IMG/VR virus record: IMGVR_UViG_3300046810_000338 | Span: 1-64,000 of that record | Length of the DNA: 64,000 bases | Direction: 5' to 3' (one strand) | Shown: positions 53,963 through 63,265 of the stretch, piece after piece | How the letters are laid out: every line of letters begins with the position of its first letter | How positions within the stretch are numbered: the first letter of the stretch is position 1 | Made by a program: the position numbers and the translations under genes | Notes under the pieces: model-generated | The model's database searches: none | Seen by the model: the letters and a program-made list of their open reading frames with translations, nothing else | What the model was told of the DNA's origin: nothing

Positions 53963-54404
53963 TGAGAGCATAGCCAAGGACCCTCACAAAGCCTCTTGGC
54001 AGCACGACGATCAGATCGAACCCGTGTACGACGCTGATCAAACCGCTGGGGTGGTCACCGTCGAGTCCGAGACCCTTGCACTGGCCTATCAGGTAGCCAG
54101 CAAAAGCTACATACGTGATAACTACGGGGAAGAGCCACCTAAACACTGGTACGACACCGTTGGCCAGAACATCGTCAAACGCTTCAACGTTTTTCTACAG
54201 CTCGACCATGATCACATGATCTTTGATGCACACCCTCTTGGTCGGCTGATTCTAATGAACGTTCTGGATGACCTGAAAGATGGGTTGTCTGCCACAGATC
54301 TGTACTGGGAGGACGTGATTGGTTTCTCGTTGATTCCAGGCACGGTCAAGATTAACCTGCACTTTTCGATTGAGGGTTTGGACAATGGCGGTATCACTCC
54401 GTAG
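53934..54404 (+). CDS. Acidic hypothetical protein (156 aa)
   Basis: AAGGA RBS. Confidence 0.7.
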   Translation: MPTSSHQEADESIAKDPHKASWQHDDQIEPVYDADQTAGVVTVESETLALAYQVASKSYIRDNYGEEPPKHWYDTVGQNIVKRFNVFLQLDHDHMIFDAHPLGRLILMNVLDDLKDGLSATDLYWEDVIGFSLIPGTVKINLHFSIEGLDNGGITP

Positions 54405-54798
54405 CGTTGCTCCTGAAACACGGATCAACTTTACCACCACAACACAGGTGGGTAACAAGTCGCGTTTCAACAACTACGCCTTTCAAGGTGAAGTTGGTTA
54501 CGCAACTGCCAAGCTGGCACCGGGTGACATTGTTCAACTGGTTGCAGCCACCAAGGCGTACTTCCGGGAGGGCAGTCAAACTGACCCCACCCGGATTACC
54601 TACATCCTGATCAAGCAATCGGACACCCAGCCGATCGTTGTGATCCCAGAACCCCTCATCAACCTTAACTCGGTTGAAGTGGCAGGCACTCAGGTATTGA
54701 CAGCGGTGGTCAGGGATGCAATCTCTGAGCAACAGTTGCAAGCAATCCTGATCGGTAATGGCGTTCTCGATTTCTCTATCACGTCTAGCCAGGTGTAA
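54385..54798 (+). CDS. Conserved phiKZ-like protein (SH3-like fold suggested)
   Basis: DIVQL.A....Y..EG...DP...TYILIK....P..IPEP.IN..SV...L.AILI.NG..DF.I resembles a chimallivirus core protein. Confidence 0.7.
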   Translation: MAVSLRSVAPETRINFTTTTQVGNKSRFNNYAFQGEVGYATAKLAPGDIVQLVAATKAYFREGSQTDPTRITYILIKQSDTQPIVVIPEPLINLNSVEVAGTQVLTAVVRDAISEQQLQAILIGNGVLDFSITSSQV

Positions 54799-54799
54799 C

Positions 54800-55150
54800 A
54801 TGGCCAGACTACTGCGATTGGACGGGCCCCTGAAGTTATTCAAGGGTCCAGGCTACATCGATGTATCGCCCTACCTGGACCCCGCAGCTTTGGCTGCCGG
54901 GTATCAGTTGTCTTTCAAAATGGTTGGCATGTTGTTTGATGATGAGGAATGGACATTTGACCATCTTCCATTACAGACCATGAACAACCAAGGCGTGCGC
55001 GTGTTGGAGTATGATTACTGTTTGGGTAATGCTCCTGTCATACGTCGGCTAGAGTTCACCCTGGATGACAACCACCACCTCTGCTTAAGTGCCTCGTGCA
55101 ACTGGGTGGAGGAGGTGCGTTTGTTATTCGTCGACATCTCCCCTCTTTAA
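54800..55150 (+). CDS. Hypothetical protein
   Basis: ATG one base after upstream stop. Confidence 0.7.
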   Translation: MARLLRLDGPLKLFKGPGYIDVSPYLDPAALAAGYQLSFKMVGMLFDDEEWTFDHLPLQTMNNQGVRVLEYDYCLGNAPVIRRLEFTLDDNHHLCLSASCNWVEEVRLLFVDISPL

Positions 55151-55176
55151 TTTTTTTTTTGTTCCAAGGAGCAGTT

Positions 55177-55791
55177 ATGAGTCCTCGTTTTCGTATACGT
55201 ATGGCGCTGGAAGACATCCTGGGTGAGGATACCTCAGGCAAAGCCGAGCAGGAAATAGAACACGTCTTCTATGGCCGCATTGCCGATCCAAAACAACTGG
55301 ACCAATTGGCCGGCCAACCTTTCGTGGTCAAGCTACTGCAAGAGCAGTCTCAAGGTTGCCTGATGCCTAGCGGTGCCGGTCAACGTGGCCCTACCATTCG
55401 TGTACGCCGTCTGAACCGTCAGGGCGTGGTCATGACTACCAAGAAGTTCGTGGAAGGTCAGGCAGGTATGGATGAAACCAACCTCGAAGCCACCAACGAA
55501 ATCTACGACATGATATCCAAGGCCATCGGCACCGGCATTGCCAAGATGCGTTACACCATCAAGCCGGATGAATATCCGAAGAAGCTTGAGCTGGACGTGT
55601 TCTTGGACGCCAATGGCCACCCTACCGGCTACGCCAAGTTCGACTACGAGGTCACCTCGGCAGATGAGACTCCTCCTCCGCTGCCACTGATCCTGACCGA
55701 CCTCAAGCACGTCAACCCGTTCAACGCATCCGACGCCGACTTGGCGCTGCTGCGTGAGTTCATGCAAAACCAATCGTTCCAGATTCATTGA
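55177..55791 (+). CDS. CYTH (triphosphate tunnel metalloenzyme) domain protein
   Basis: EQEIEHVF (ExExK-like), TIRVRR, TTK, E.NLE, KMRY, LELDVF, FDYEV. Confidence 0.7.
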   Translation: MSPRFRIRMALEDILGEDTSGKAEQEIEHVFYGRIADPKQLDQLAGQPFVVKLLQEQSQGCLMPSGAGQRGPTIRVRRLNRQGVVMTTKKFVEGQAGMDETNLEATNEIYDMISKAIGTGIAKMRYTIKPDEYPKKLELDVFLDANGHPTGYAKFDYEVTSADETPPPLPLILTDLKHVNPFNASDADLALLREFMQNQSFQIH

Positions 55792-55793
55792 CC

Positions 55794-56450
55794 ATGGCTG
55801 CCCGTAAAGGTCATCTGGCGATGGTCCTCGAAGCCATGAACAAGAACGAACAGATCTACCATTACTCGACCGCCCAGTTTGCCCGATTGGAAACCCCGCG
55901 TCATCGTGGAACCAGTAATGACAAGATCAAGAAGTCTGAGGAAATGGCTAAGAAGTATAATCTGGTTGGCCCGTACTGCGACCACATTAGTTTCTTCTTC
56001 GACCCCATCCCTTTGGATCTTCTGGGCAAGCTCTACGGCAAGGATCATGGTGCCTGGGTTTCTGGTAACAAACTCTACGAACACGTCGTACACGTTCGTG
56101 GGTTGCCGGAGATTCCATTTGAGGTAGTAGAGACTGCTACCGATCTGGAAATCATGGACTCCATTGAATGGGAGGAGGAAGGAGATAACTCTGCCAACAC
56201 CTCTCAGTTCTTTAAGCGACAGCGTCGTGCCAAGTTGCTCAATGGGGAGATTGGTTCTTCCAATCTCCAGCTACTGAAACAGATCGAACGTTACAAAGGT
56301 GGTACCCGAGACGCCTACCTGGCTGCCAGCAAGCGAGATGACTTCGAGTTCAATTTCGCTAAATACGCATCCTGTGTACCGCATCTCATGATCTATCCGC
56401 CTGACGGCTATTTGGAGGTTAATTCCTCCAAGCTGGTAACGATCAAGTAA
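55794..56450 (+). CDS. Hypothetical protein
   Basis: Operon ORF followed by hairpin at 56458-56487. Confidence 0.75.
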   Translation: MAARKGHLAMVLEAMNKNEQIYHYSTAQFARLETPRHRGTSNDKIKKSEEMAKKYNLVGPYCDHISFFFDPIPLDLLGKLYGKDHGAWVSGNKLYEHVVHVRGLPEIPFEVVETATDLEIMDSIEWEEEGDNSANTSQFFKRQRRAKLLNGEIGSSNLQLLKQIERYKGGTRDAYLAASKRDDFEFNFAKYASCVPHLMIYPPDGYLEVNSSKLVTIK

Positions 56451-56549
56451 CTGGTAGGGCAGTCCATGGGAATTCCCATGGACTGCCTCTATGCCGTCGA
56501 TTAGAATTACCCGGAGACATTAGATAGTCCCCCACGCAAGATTTAGACC

Positions 56550-56978
56550 ATGTCCAGTCCAGCCATTGCGATCATTAACCTAGAAGAAATGATAGCTGAC
56601 TTTAGAAACTATCTCCGAGAAGATTGCGGTCAATCAGAGATGGCAGCACAGTTTCCAGACCATTTCTTGGTCCAAGAATTAGAATACCTTGCCAGAGTGG
56701 CTGTCAACAGAAACCACCTGAATGTTCACCCGCGACTGCGACGTACTCGCCACATCTTCAAAATGTTCGACCCAACCTTTTCTAAAGACCAGATCAATGA
56801 ATGGGCGGATGAAATGTACATGCGGGTACGTGAAGAATTGCCTACCCGTATTGCTGAAGCTGGACATATTTTCCAAACCCAGGCTGTCGGCAAAACGCTG
56901 TATATCAGATTACTTGTCTCCGCCGACGCATTTGGCTACGGCATCGACCCCCACTCGATTATTGACGCGGTGATCTAA
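56550..56978 (+). CDS. Hypothetical protein (142 aa)
   Basis: TAATG coupling to DNA polymerase. Confidence 0.75.
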   Translation: MSSPAIAIINLEEMIADFRNYLREDCGQSEMAAQFPDHFLVQELEYLARVAVNRNHLNVHPRLRRTRHIFKMFDPTFSKDQINEWADEMYMRVREELPTRIAEAGHIFQTQAVGKTLYIRLLVSADAFGYGIDPHSIIDAVI

Positions 56979-59239
56979 TGGATCATTTCCTTTTACACCC
57001 GGACCAGTACGTCCGAGATCTAAACGTAGTTGCCACCTACTTTCGCGACAATGCTTTCATGTTGGGCAAACTACGGAACATGCCGTGGGAGCCTGCTGTT
57101 GAGTTTGTTCGCCGCAAGGTGGGTAAAGATGGCGAGTTCCCCATCAAGAATCCACTGGTTACCATCATCGACAAAGATGAGAATGGTGACCGGTTTGTTC
57201 GCAAGGTAGGTTACCTCAACTATCTCAAGAACATCGTGGCGAAAGATCTTATCTGCTCGCCTAGCATGACCACATACCTGCGACCAAAGACCCTGCAAAG
57301 CGAAATGGGTCTGTACATCAACGGCAACCTTGGCCTGCGTAACGAAGCCAAAGAAGAAGGTCTGGTAGCAGAGCTTTCGGCTAACGGCTACGGCGCTCAG
57401 ATTCAGGATCTGATTGGCGACAGGAGTAAAGAAGGCTGGGTTATGCCCCCACTGACCCCTGCCTTGCAAGCTCGACTAGCCGACTTGGAGATCGAGTTCA
57501 AGAAACACGATCAGGTTGCCGGCATCAAGCACAACGAACAGACCTCGCACAAGATCTTCAACAACGGGATCTCTGGCATGCAGACCATTGGGTCTACGCC
57601 GTTTGTGTTGGTATCTGCCCACTCATCGCTGACCAGTGGGTGTCGTTCTGCAACCAGTTATGGTAACGCCACTATTGAGCGCTTTGTAGCCGGCTCAAGA
57701 CATTATTGGTCGCCAGAAGTAGTGATGACCCAGATCACTACGATCGTCACTCATACCGACTATGTCGAGTTTGAAAAGGTGATGACCAAGTACAACCTGA
57801 AATACCCCAACGTGGACGAGATCTACAAACTCATCAAGTACAGCACTGACCTTTATTGGCACAGTGAAGTTGAGATGGAGTTGATCATCGAGTACGTGCA
57901 AACGCTCAATCCATTGGAGCGTGCAGCCTTTGCCTACACAGGCGACATGTACCACCTGCGTAAGTTCAACCCAGAGTTCATGACCGTGTACCTGGACGAG
58001 CTTTCCATGGCGGTTAAGGGCGATCATCCTGATCCACTGACGGCCATCAAGAAAGTTAAAGGCGACCATCGGGCCCTGGCATTGATTCTGTGTGCCGAGG
58101 TTACTGCCGGTAAGTCCATTGACGACTTGAAGAACGAAGGGAACATGGAAGCCCTGTCCATGATCGTGTTGACCTTTGAACACATCATGGCTACTTTGGA
58201 TAAATACGCTGACCTGATCAAAGTGTTCTGGACGACGCTTAACGTGCCGCCTAACATTTCCAGGACGCGTGATATCCGTAGGCGCTCTGTGGTAGGTTCT
58301 GATACTGACTCCTGCCTCTTTGGGGTGCGTGAGTGGGTCAAGTGGAAGAACGGCTACGCCAAGTTCGACCAGCCATGTCAGGCAACCTGGCACACTGTGG
58401 TGTTCATGGCCTGTCAAACCGTGACACACGCATTGGCTTGCTTGTCGGCAGGTATGGGTGTAGAAGGGGATGATGTTAAGAAGCTGGCAATGAAGAACGA
58501 GTTTGCATTCTCTGTCTTCGGTCTGACCAACATCGCCAAACACTACATTGCCTCCATGATTGCAAAAGAAGGCAGTGTGTATAAGAAAGCCAAGAAGGAG
58601 ATCAAAGGAGTTCAGTACAAAGACTCCAACAGCCCACCAGAGATCATCGATGAGTCTAACGACAATATCGTGTCTGTGATGGACCAGATCTACCAACATG
58701 GCTCGTTTGAGATCATGCCGATCATCCGCGGTATGGCTGATACCGAACGGGAAGTTACCGAGTCGATCAAGAAGGGAAATACCAAGTACCTTAAGTCGGC
58801 GTATGTGCGGCCCAAGGAAGACTACAAGAAACCGATGTCGTCTAACTACTTCCATTACGAGCTGTGGCAAAAGGCATTCGCTCACCGAGGCGCGGTGCCT
58901 TCTCTGCCATATCGAGCGGTAAAGATTTCTGTGGACCTGCCTAACAAGACAGCCATTCGCGAGTGGATTGCTAACATTGAGAATCCAACCTGTAAGGCTG
59001 CCCTGGAAGACTTCTACATCCATGGTATTGATGGGGATAAACCAAAAGCTGCAATCACCTCGTTCCTCATGCCGCTTGACATTGTGCAACGTGATGGTAT
59101 CCCGCCAGAGATCTTAGAAGCCGCTGGTATCCGCAGACAGACCTACGCAGCAGTTAGTCCATTCTACCTGTTCGCAGAGACGCTAGGATTGCCTATGGTG
59201 AATAAGAACCTGACAACCATGCTGTCGGATAGTTTGTAA
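56978..59239 (+). CDS. Family B DNA polymerase, phiKZ gp50-like catalytic subunit
   Basis: Motif B-like KIFNNGISG, motif C-like VGSDTDS, KLAMKNEF, EIKGV; position upstream of the chimallin block. Confidence 0.9.
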   Translation: MDHFLLHPDQYVRDLNVVATYFRDNAFMLGKLRNMPWEPAVEFVRRKVGKDGEFPIKNPLVTIIDKDENGDRFVRKVGYLNYLKNIVAKDLICSPSMTTYLRPKTLQSEMGLYINGNLGLRNEAKEEGLVAELSANGYGAQIQDLIGDRSKEGWVMPPLTPALQARLADLEIEFKKHDQVAGIKHNEQTSHKIFNNGISGMQTIGSTPFVLVSAHSSLTSGCRSATSYGNATIERFVAGSRHYWSPEVVMTQITTIVTHTDYVEFEKVMTKYNLKYPNVDEIYKLIKYSTDLYWHSEVEMELIIEYVQTLNPLERAAFAYTGDMYHLRKFNPEFMTVYLDELSMAVKGDHPDPLTAIKKVKGDHRALALILCAEVTAGKSIDDLKNEGNMEALSMIVLTFEHIMATLDKYADLIKVFWTTLNVPPNISRTRDIRRRSVVGSDTDSCLFGVREWVKWKNGYAKFDQPCQATWHTVVFMACQTVTHALACLSAGMGVEGDDVKKLAMKNEFAFSVFGLTNIAKHYIASMIAKEGSVYKKAKKEIKGVQYKDSNSPPEIIDESNDNIVSVMDQIYQHGSFEIMPIIRGMADTEREVTESIKKGNTKYLKSAYVRPKEDYKKPMSSNYFHYELWQKAFAHRGAVPSLPYRAVKISVDLPNKTAIREWIANIENPTCKAALEDFYIHGIDGDKPKAAITSFLMPLDIVQRDGIPPEILEAAGIRRQTYAAVSPFYLFAETLGLPMVNKNLTTMLSDSL

Positions 59240-59285
59240 TCCACAGCCTCTCCAGAGCGATCTGGAGAGGCCACAGACAAGTGAA

Positions 59286-59302
59286 TTATAAACCTAGATC
59301 AT
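59286..59302 (+). promoter_or_regulatory. Candidate phage early promoter motif
   Basis: TTATAAACCTAGATCAT. Confidence 0.65.
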
Positions 59303-59361
59303 TGTAATGAATCTCTGGCTAGGTCAGTCAAAGGTTCAACTCAATCTGTGGAGAAATCGCT

Positions 59362-59637
59362 ATGAATGCATTTTACCATTGGTCTCAGATTAAAAGCTTA
59401 ACCATCGGCCAAGCCCTCACAGGTGAACGCACCCCGATGTTCAACGTGGTGCTGGAACGGGATAGAACTCCGGCCAGTAGCGCAGACGTGGCGGGTCCTA
59501 ATAAGGATCAATACCTTTACGTGTTTGAGGAGAAGTATTCGTACCTGCAAGGGGACGACTGCGATGACAAGGCGGCTTACCGCGAGGTAATGTCGGAGCA
59601 CCTCAAATACAAAATGCGACGCAAGGAGACGGCATGA
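59362..59637 (+). CDS. Hypothetical protein (91 aa)
   Basis: GGAG RBS. Confidence 0.7.
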   Translation: MNAFYHWSQIKSLTIGQALTGERTPMFNVVLERDRTPASSADVAGPNKDQYLYVFEEKYSYLQGDDCDDKAAYREVMSEHLKYKMRRKETA

Positions 59638-59810
59638 GAGAACTTCTTGTTCTTTTTTCCGCAATAGCACTGATGGGCGAATATCTCGCCAAGATCGCAG
59701 GCGTCATGATCATTGTCATTGCAATCTTTTACTTTCCATTGTCCTGGCCATTCGTGGTTGGATTTGCAGTGGGTTACCTGTACCGCAAGTGGTGTCGAAG
59801 GAAGAAGTGA
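59634..59810 (+). CDS. Small membrane protein (58 aa), missed by ORF track
   Basis: AAGGAG RBS; MRELLVLFSAIALMGEYLAKIAGVMIIVIAIFYFPLSWPFVVGFAVGYLYRKWCRRKK. Confidence 0.65.
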   Translation: MRELLVLFSAIALMGEYLAKIAGVMIIVIAIFYFPLSWPFVVGFAVGYLYRKWCRRKK

Positions 59811-59876
59811 ACAATTGCGATAGCGTTAACTTAACGGCATAACTCTCCTCTTCCCGTAAAAGGAAGAGGAGAGGCT

Positions 59877-60971
59877 TTATGCGGTGGTTCGCACAACAAG
59901 GTCTTCCAGTTTGTCCTGTACATTAGATCGTACAGCGCTGCCTAATGCTACACTCAAACCTCCATCGTTGATCATTCGAAAGATAACTCGACGAATGTCG
60001 TTGACAGGATATCGCCCGGCTCGACTGGCATCCATCCGCGTCAGTGCCCAGAGGTAACGCAGGGCATTGTAACGGGAGAGTACCAGCGCCCATGTGTTCT
60101 GTCGGGTGGGCAAACCTTCTGGCAACGTCAATACGTCAGCCAAGGTTTCAGACATAGGAACAGGCAGCATCCCTAAGAGAAACTCGAAGGTGACATCGCG
60201 TCCGAGGATTATTTTAGAAATGCTCTCAAGGATACTTTGACCGCCCTGCGTTCTGTTGACATACGACTGACTCAGGCGGTAGTAGACATCGCTGACTGGC
60301 AAGCCCTCAGCGATGGCCGTAATGCGATTCATCATGGCAATGGCGTACTGGCTGGCTTTGAGTTTGGGCAGTACGTGCATGCCTACAAAGATCTGTGGCG
60401 TACGCAGATCTGTTTCACCCGATGCCAGTTGCTCTCTGGTCCACAACGTGTACTGGAGCATCAGCAAACCAAGGTCAATCTCAATCGAGTCCAGACCCAA
60501 GCCAATCCGCGATTCAGCGATTGCCTTGCTGCCCATCGTAAGGTTGGTGGAGTCGTGACTGAGATACCGAATGGCAATGATGTCGGTGTAAGGCGTGTTG
60601 CGGGTAACGCCAAGACGTCTGGGAGATTCGCCCACCAGGTAAATCGTTGTGTTACCCTGATCGCCGATGTGCAGTCTGCCAGCATTGGCGGACGTAGTAA
60701 AGCCAAAGGTTGAGGATATCTCGCGGGTTAGAAAAGCCACGCGTCGATAGATGTCCTCCACAGTTCGATCCAGGTCGTAACCGAGCTTTTGACCCAGCTC
60801 CAAGATAAGGCTTACCATCCAGTGATCTGCTGGCACAAAAGCAATGTCACGGTTGCGCCAATCAATGTAGGTACGGATGTCCAATTCGTAGTTTGTCACG
60901 AACTGGGTAGACGAGCCTACTGGCGTTGGCTTTGCATCTACTCTTAGCTTTCCGCCAATTAGGTCGAACAT
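59877..60971 (-). CDS. Conserved chimallivirus protein upstream of and divergent from chmA
   Basis: Synteny pol - reverse gene - chmA - RNAP; ATG 60971 (MFDLIGG...) with AAGGA RBS. Confidence 0.8.
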   Translation of the reverse strand: MFDLIGGKLRVDAKPTPVGSSTQFVTNYELDIRTYIDWRNRDIAFVPADHWMVSLILELGQKLGYDLDRTVEDIYRRVAFLTREISSTFGFTTSANAGRLHIGDQGNTTIYLVGESPRRLGVTRNTPYTDIIAIRYLSHDSTNLTMGSKAIAESRIGLGLDSIEIDLGLLMLQYTLWTREQLASGETDLRTPQIFVGMHVLPKLKASQYAIAMMNRITAIAEGLPVSDVYYRLSQSYVNRTQGGQSILESISKIILGRDVTFEFLLGMLPVPMSETLADVLTLPEGLPTRQNTWALVLSRYNALRYLWALTRMDASRAGRYPVNDIRRVIFRMINDGGLSVALGSAVRSNVQDKLEDLVVRTTA

Positions 60972-61127
60972 TTTGAATGTCCTTGAGGTGGTAAAATGAG
61001 GGTCAAAAGATAGCGGTGATGTTTTCTTCCACTGCCATGTGGATATGGTATAGCAGAAAATGCGACGGCGTCGAGAGACGCAATGGACTATAACGTCGGT
61101 TCGAAAAATTGATGACAAATAAGATCT

Positions 61128-61144
61128 TTTCAGACCTGAATCAT
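61128..61144 (+). promoter_or_regulatory. Candidate early promoter of chmA
   Basis: TTTCAGACCTGAATCAT about 66 nt before the chmA start. Confidence 0.7.
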
Positions 61145-61210
61145 AAAGGGAATCATGGTTGGGATCTTGATTTATTTGGCCAAATGTAACATCCCCTAAG
61201 GAGACGGCAC

Positions 61211-63262
61211 ATGCCCGTTAAGAAAACTGGCGATGGTGGAAACATCATGGCGGCGGCTTTGTTAGCTGCCGGTGTGAAGCCTTCCACCGAACCAACCCCG
61301 GCACCTGCCGCAGCGTCTTCCGCTGCTCCAGTTCAGCCGGCAGCAGAATCAGTGGCGCCCACCCCGGCACCAGTGAAACCAGAACCTGTGCAACCAGCGA
61401 CGCAGCAACGCGCTAACCCTGCACCCGTTCAACCAACCCCCGTACAAAAGGATACAGTGCAAATGTCTCAGAACACTCAGGACTTCTCCAACTCCCGTCG
61501 CGACCAGGCCCCTAACGGTCAGTTCACGCTGGAATCTCTCGGTGCTCGCCGCGTCCGTCCAATCGGTCGTTCGGCAGGCTCCGTGCGCGCCAAAGCCCTC
61601 GAAGAGGTGCTGATCAAAGAAATGTCCCGTTCCCTGCAACAGGACACCGTTTCCAAATTCGCTATCCAGACTCTGGACGCCAACTCGCTCGGCCTGCCAG
61701 TGCCTGCCGTTCTGATCATCCAGACCGTTGTTACCCAGGGCATCGACAACCTGTCGGTCTTCTCGATCCTGCTCGACGGCGACGATGTTCGTCTGCCTAA
61801 CCGCATCGACAAGGTCGAAGGCCGCTCCATCGAAACCCCAACCGTCGTCGGCGACATCTACAACAGTCAGGAATACCTGACTCGCATGACCGAACTGGTA
61901 ACCATGGCTCGCCCTGGCCGTCAGCTGAAAATCATCGACGCCGGTTGCATCGTGCTGCCGAAAGACTTCAACCTGGAACAGAGCGATATCCACGGCCTGC
62001 TGCACAAGTCCACGCTGGCCGCCTGGAACGCCATGAACCAGAACGTAGTCCTGGACGATACCCCTGCTTACACCCTGGTCGGCCGTAACAGCAACCAGGA
62101 ACAACTGATCGGTCGCATCAACACCACCGGCGAGAACTACCTCGACGAAGTGGGCATGCCAATCCGTTCCGACTTCGTCCTGGAAATGGACTCGTCCCGC
62201 CATCAAGCGGGCCGTGAATTCCTGACCAGTTCGAGCAACATCGTCAAGGTTGCTGGTTACGTTGAACCGGTTTACACCCAACCGGTCCAAGACCCGAATG
62301 CGCCGAACAACCAGCCGTTCCTGGCTCAGATCGTTCTGACTCGTCTGGCTACTGGCTACGACGCCGCCGACACCGAAATGAACATCCTCAGTCTGGTGAC
62401 TGCGGCGATGATCCAGGTGCAAAACGGCTGGGCGGACATGTTCCGTCCACGCTACAACAAGAAAGATGGCGATGTTGATTACCGCGACATCGGTGCTCTG
62501 GGTTACTGCACCGAGAAAGCTGCCAAGATCGACAGCCGTAGCGACAGCTTCAAGAACAACTTCCCGGCCTTCATGCGCGACTACTTCCGCCTCAATCAAG
62601 GCGTGGTCTTCGCTCTGGACATTCCTGAAGTCGGTCCTGACGTACTGAACCTCGACATCTTCCGCGCTGTGGCCAGCGGCAACGCCAACGCAATCGCTGC
62701 TTTCATCCGTGCCTGCGACAACCTGACCGGTGGCATCTACAGCAAGAAAGCGTCGATCATCGGCGATTTCTCGATGATCATCGATACCGGCAACCGCATC
62801 CACAACGGCTACTACCCAACCGACACCGGCACTGCGGCGATCCGCGATATCCGCGACATCGATCTGCTGGCCGTTGCCAACCTGTACGGCAAAACCAACC
62901 CTGCGGCAATGATGCAGTGGGCTGACTCGTTCTCGCCGAACACCGCTCCTGCGGCTGTACGCATGGCGAACCGCCTGGCCATCATCGACGACGCTCTGAA
63001 CGGTCGTCAGGTTATCACTGGTTACTCGGGCCGTTACTTCATCGGTCCAAAATGGTTCGAAGTGATCACCTCGGCGTGCCGTGAAGCTGGTCTGGTGGTT
63101 AACCCTGCCAACATGGTTCACGGTCTGGGCTCCGGTCTGATCATGGGCGGCTACGACTACTCGCAGTTCACTGCCGGCCAAGCTGGTCAGTCGATCTACG
63201 GTGGCGCTACCGCTGCTGGTCCAGGCGCAGCATTCAACGGCCGTCCTGGCGGTCGTTGGTAA
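61211..63262 (+). CDS. chmA: Chimallin, phage nuclear shell protein
   Basis: 683 aa, extreme codon bias, disordered termini, FRPR..KK..VDYRDIGALG and FALDIPEVGP segments; directly upstream of nvRNAP beta-prime as in phiKZ gp54-gp55. Confidence 0.88.
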   Translation: MPVKKTGDGGNIMAAALLAAGVKPSTEPTPAPAAASSAAPVQPAAESVAPTPAPVKPEPVQPATQQRANPAPVQPTPVQKDTVQMSQNTQDFSNSRRDQAPNGQFTLESLGARRVRPIGRSAGSVRAKALEEVLIKEMSRSLQQDTVSKFAIQTLDANSLGLPVPAVLIIQTVVTQGIDNLSVFSILLDGDDVRLPNRIDKVEGRSIETPTVVGDIYNSQEYLTRMTELVTMARPGRQLKIIDAGCIVLPKDFNLEQSDIHGLLHKSTLAAWNAMNQNVVLDDTPAYTLVGRNSNQEQLIGRINTTGENYLDEVGMPIRSDFVLEMDSSRHQAGREFLTSSSNIVKVAGYVEPVYTQPVQDPNAPNNQPFLAQIVLTRLATGYDAADTEMNILSLVTAAMIQVQNGWADMFRPRYNKKDGDVDYRDIGALGYCTEKAAKIDSRSDSFKNNFPAFMRDYFRLNQGVVFALDIPEVGPDVLNLDIFRAVASGNANAIAAFIRACDNLTGGIYSKKASIIGDFSMIIDTGNRIHNGYYPTDTGTAAIRDIRDIDLLAVANLYGKTNPAAMMQWADSFSPNTAPAAVRMANRLAIIDDALNGRQVITGYSGRYFIGPKWFEVITSACREAGLVVNPANMVHGLGSGLIMGGYDYSQFTAGQAGQSIYGGATAAGPGAAFNGRPGGRW

Positions 63263-63265
63263 GTA

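Noticed and set aside
55151-55160. T10 homopolymer as phase-variation site
   Set aside because: Intergenic and matches the TTTTTTGTT tract seen before other genes; its length may be a sequencing artefact.
8834-63181. Long antisense ORFs (8834-9940, 17238-18443, 44423-45772, 47580-48632, 57695-59089, 61349-63181)
   Set aside because: Each lies exactly opposite a recognisable or strongly biased gene. They are shadows of C/G-rich third-codon positions, with no RBS or motifs of their own.
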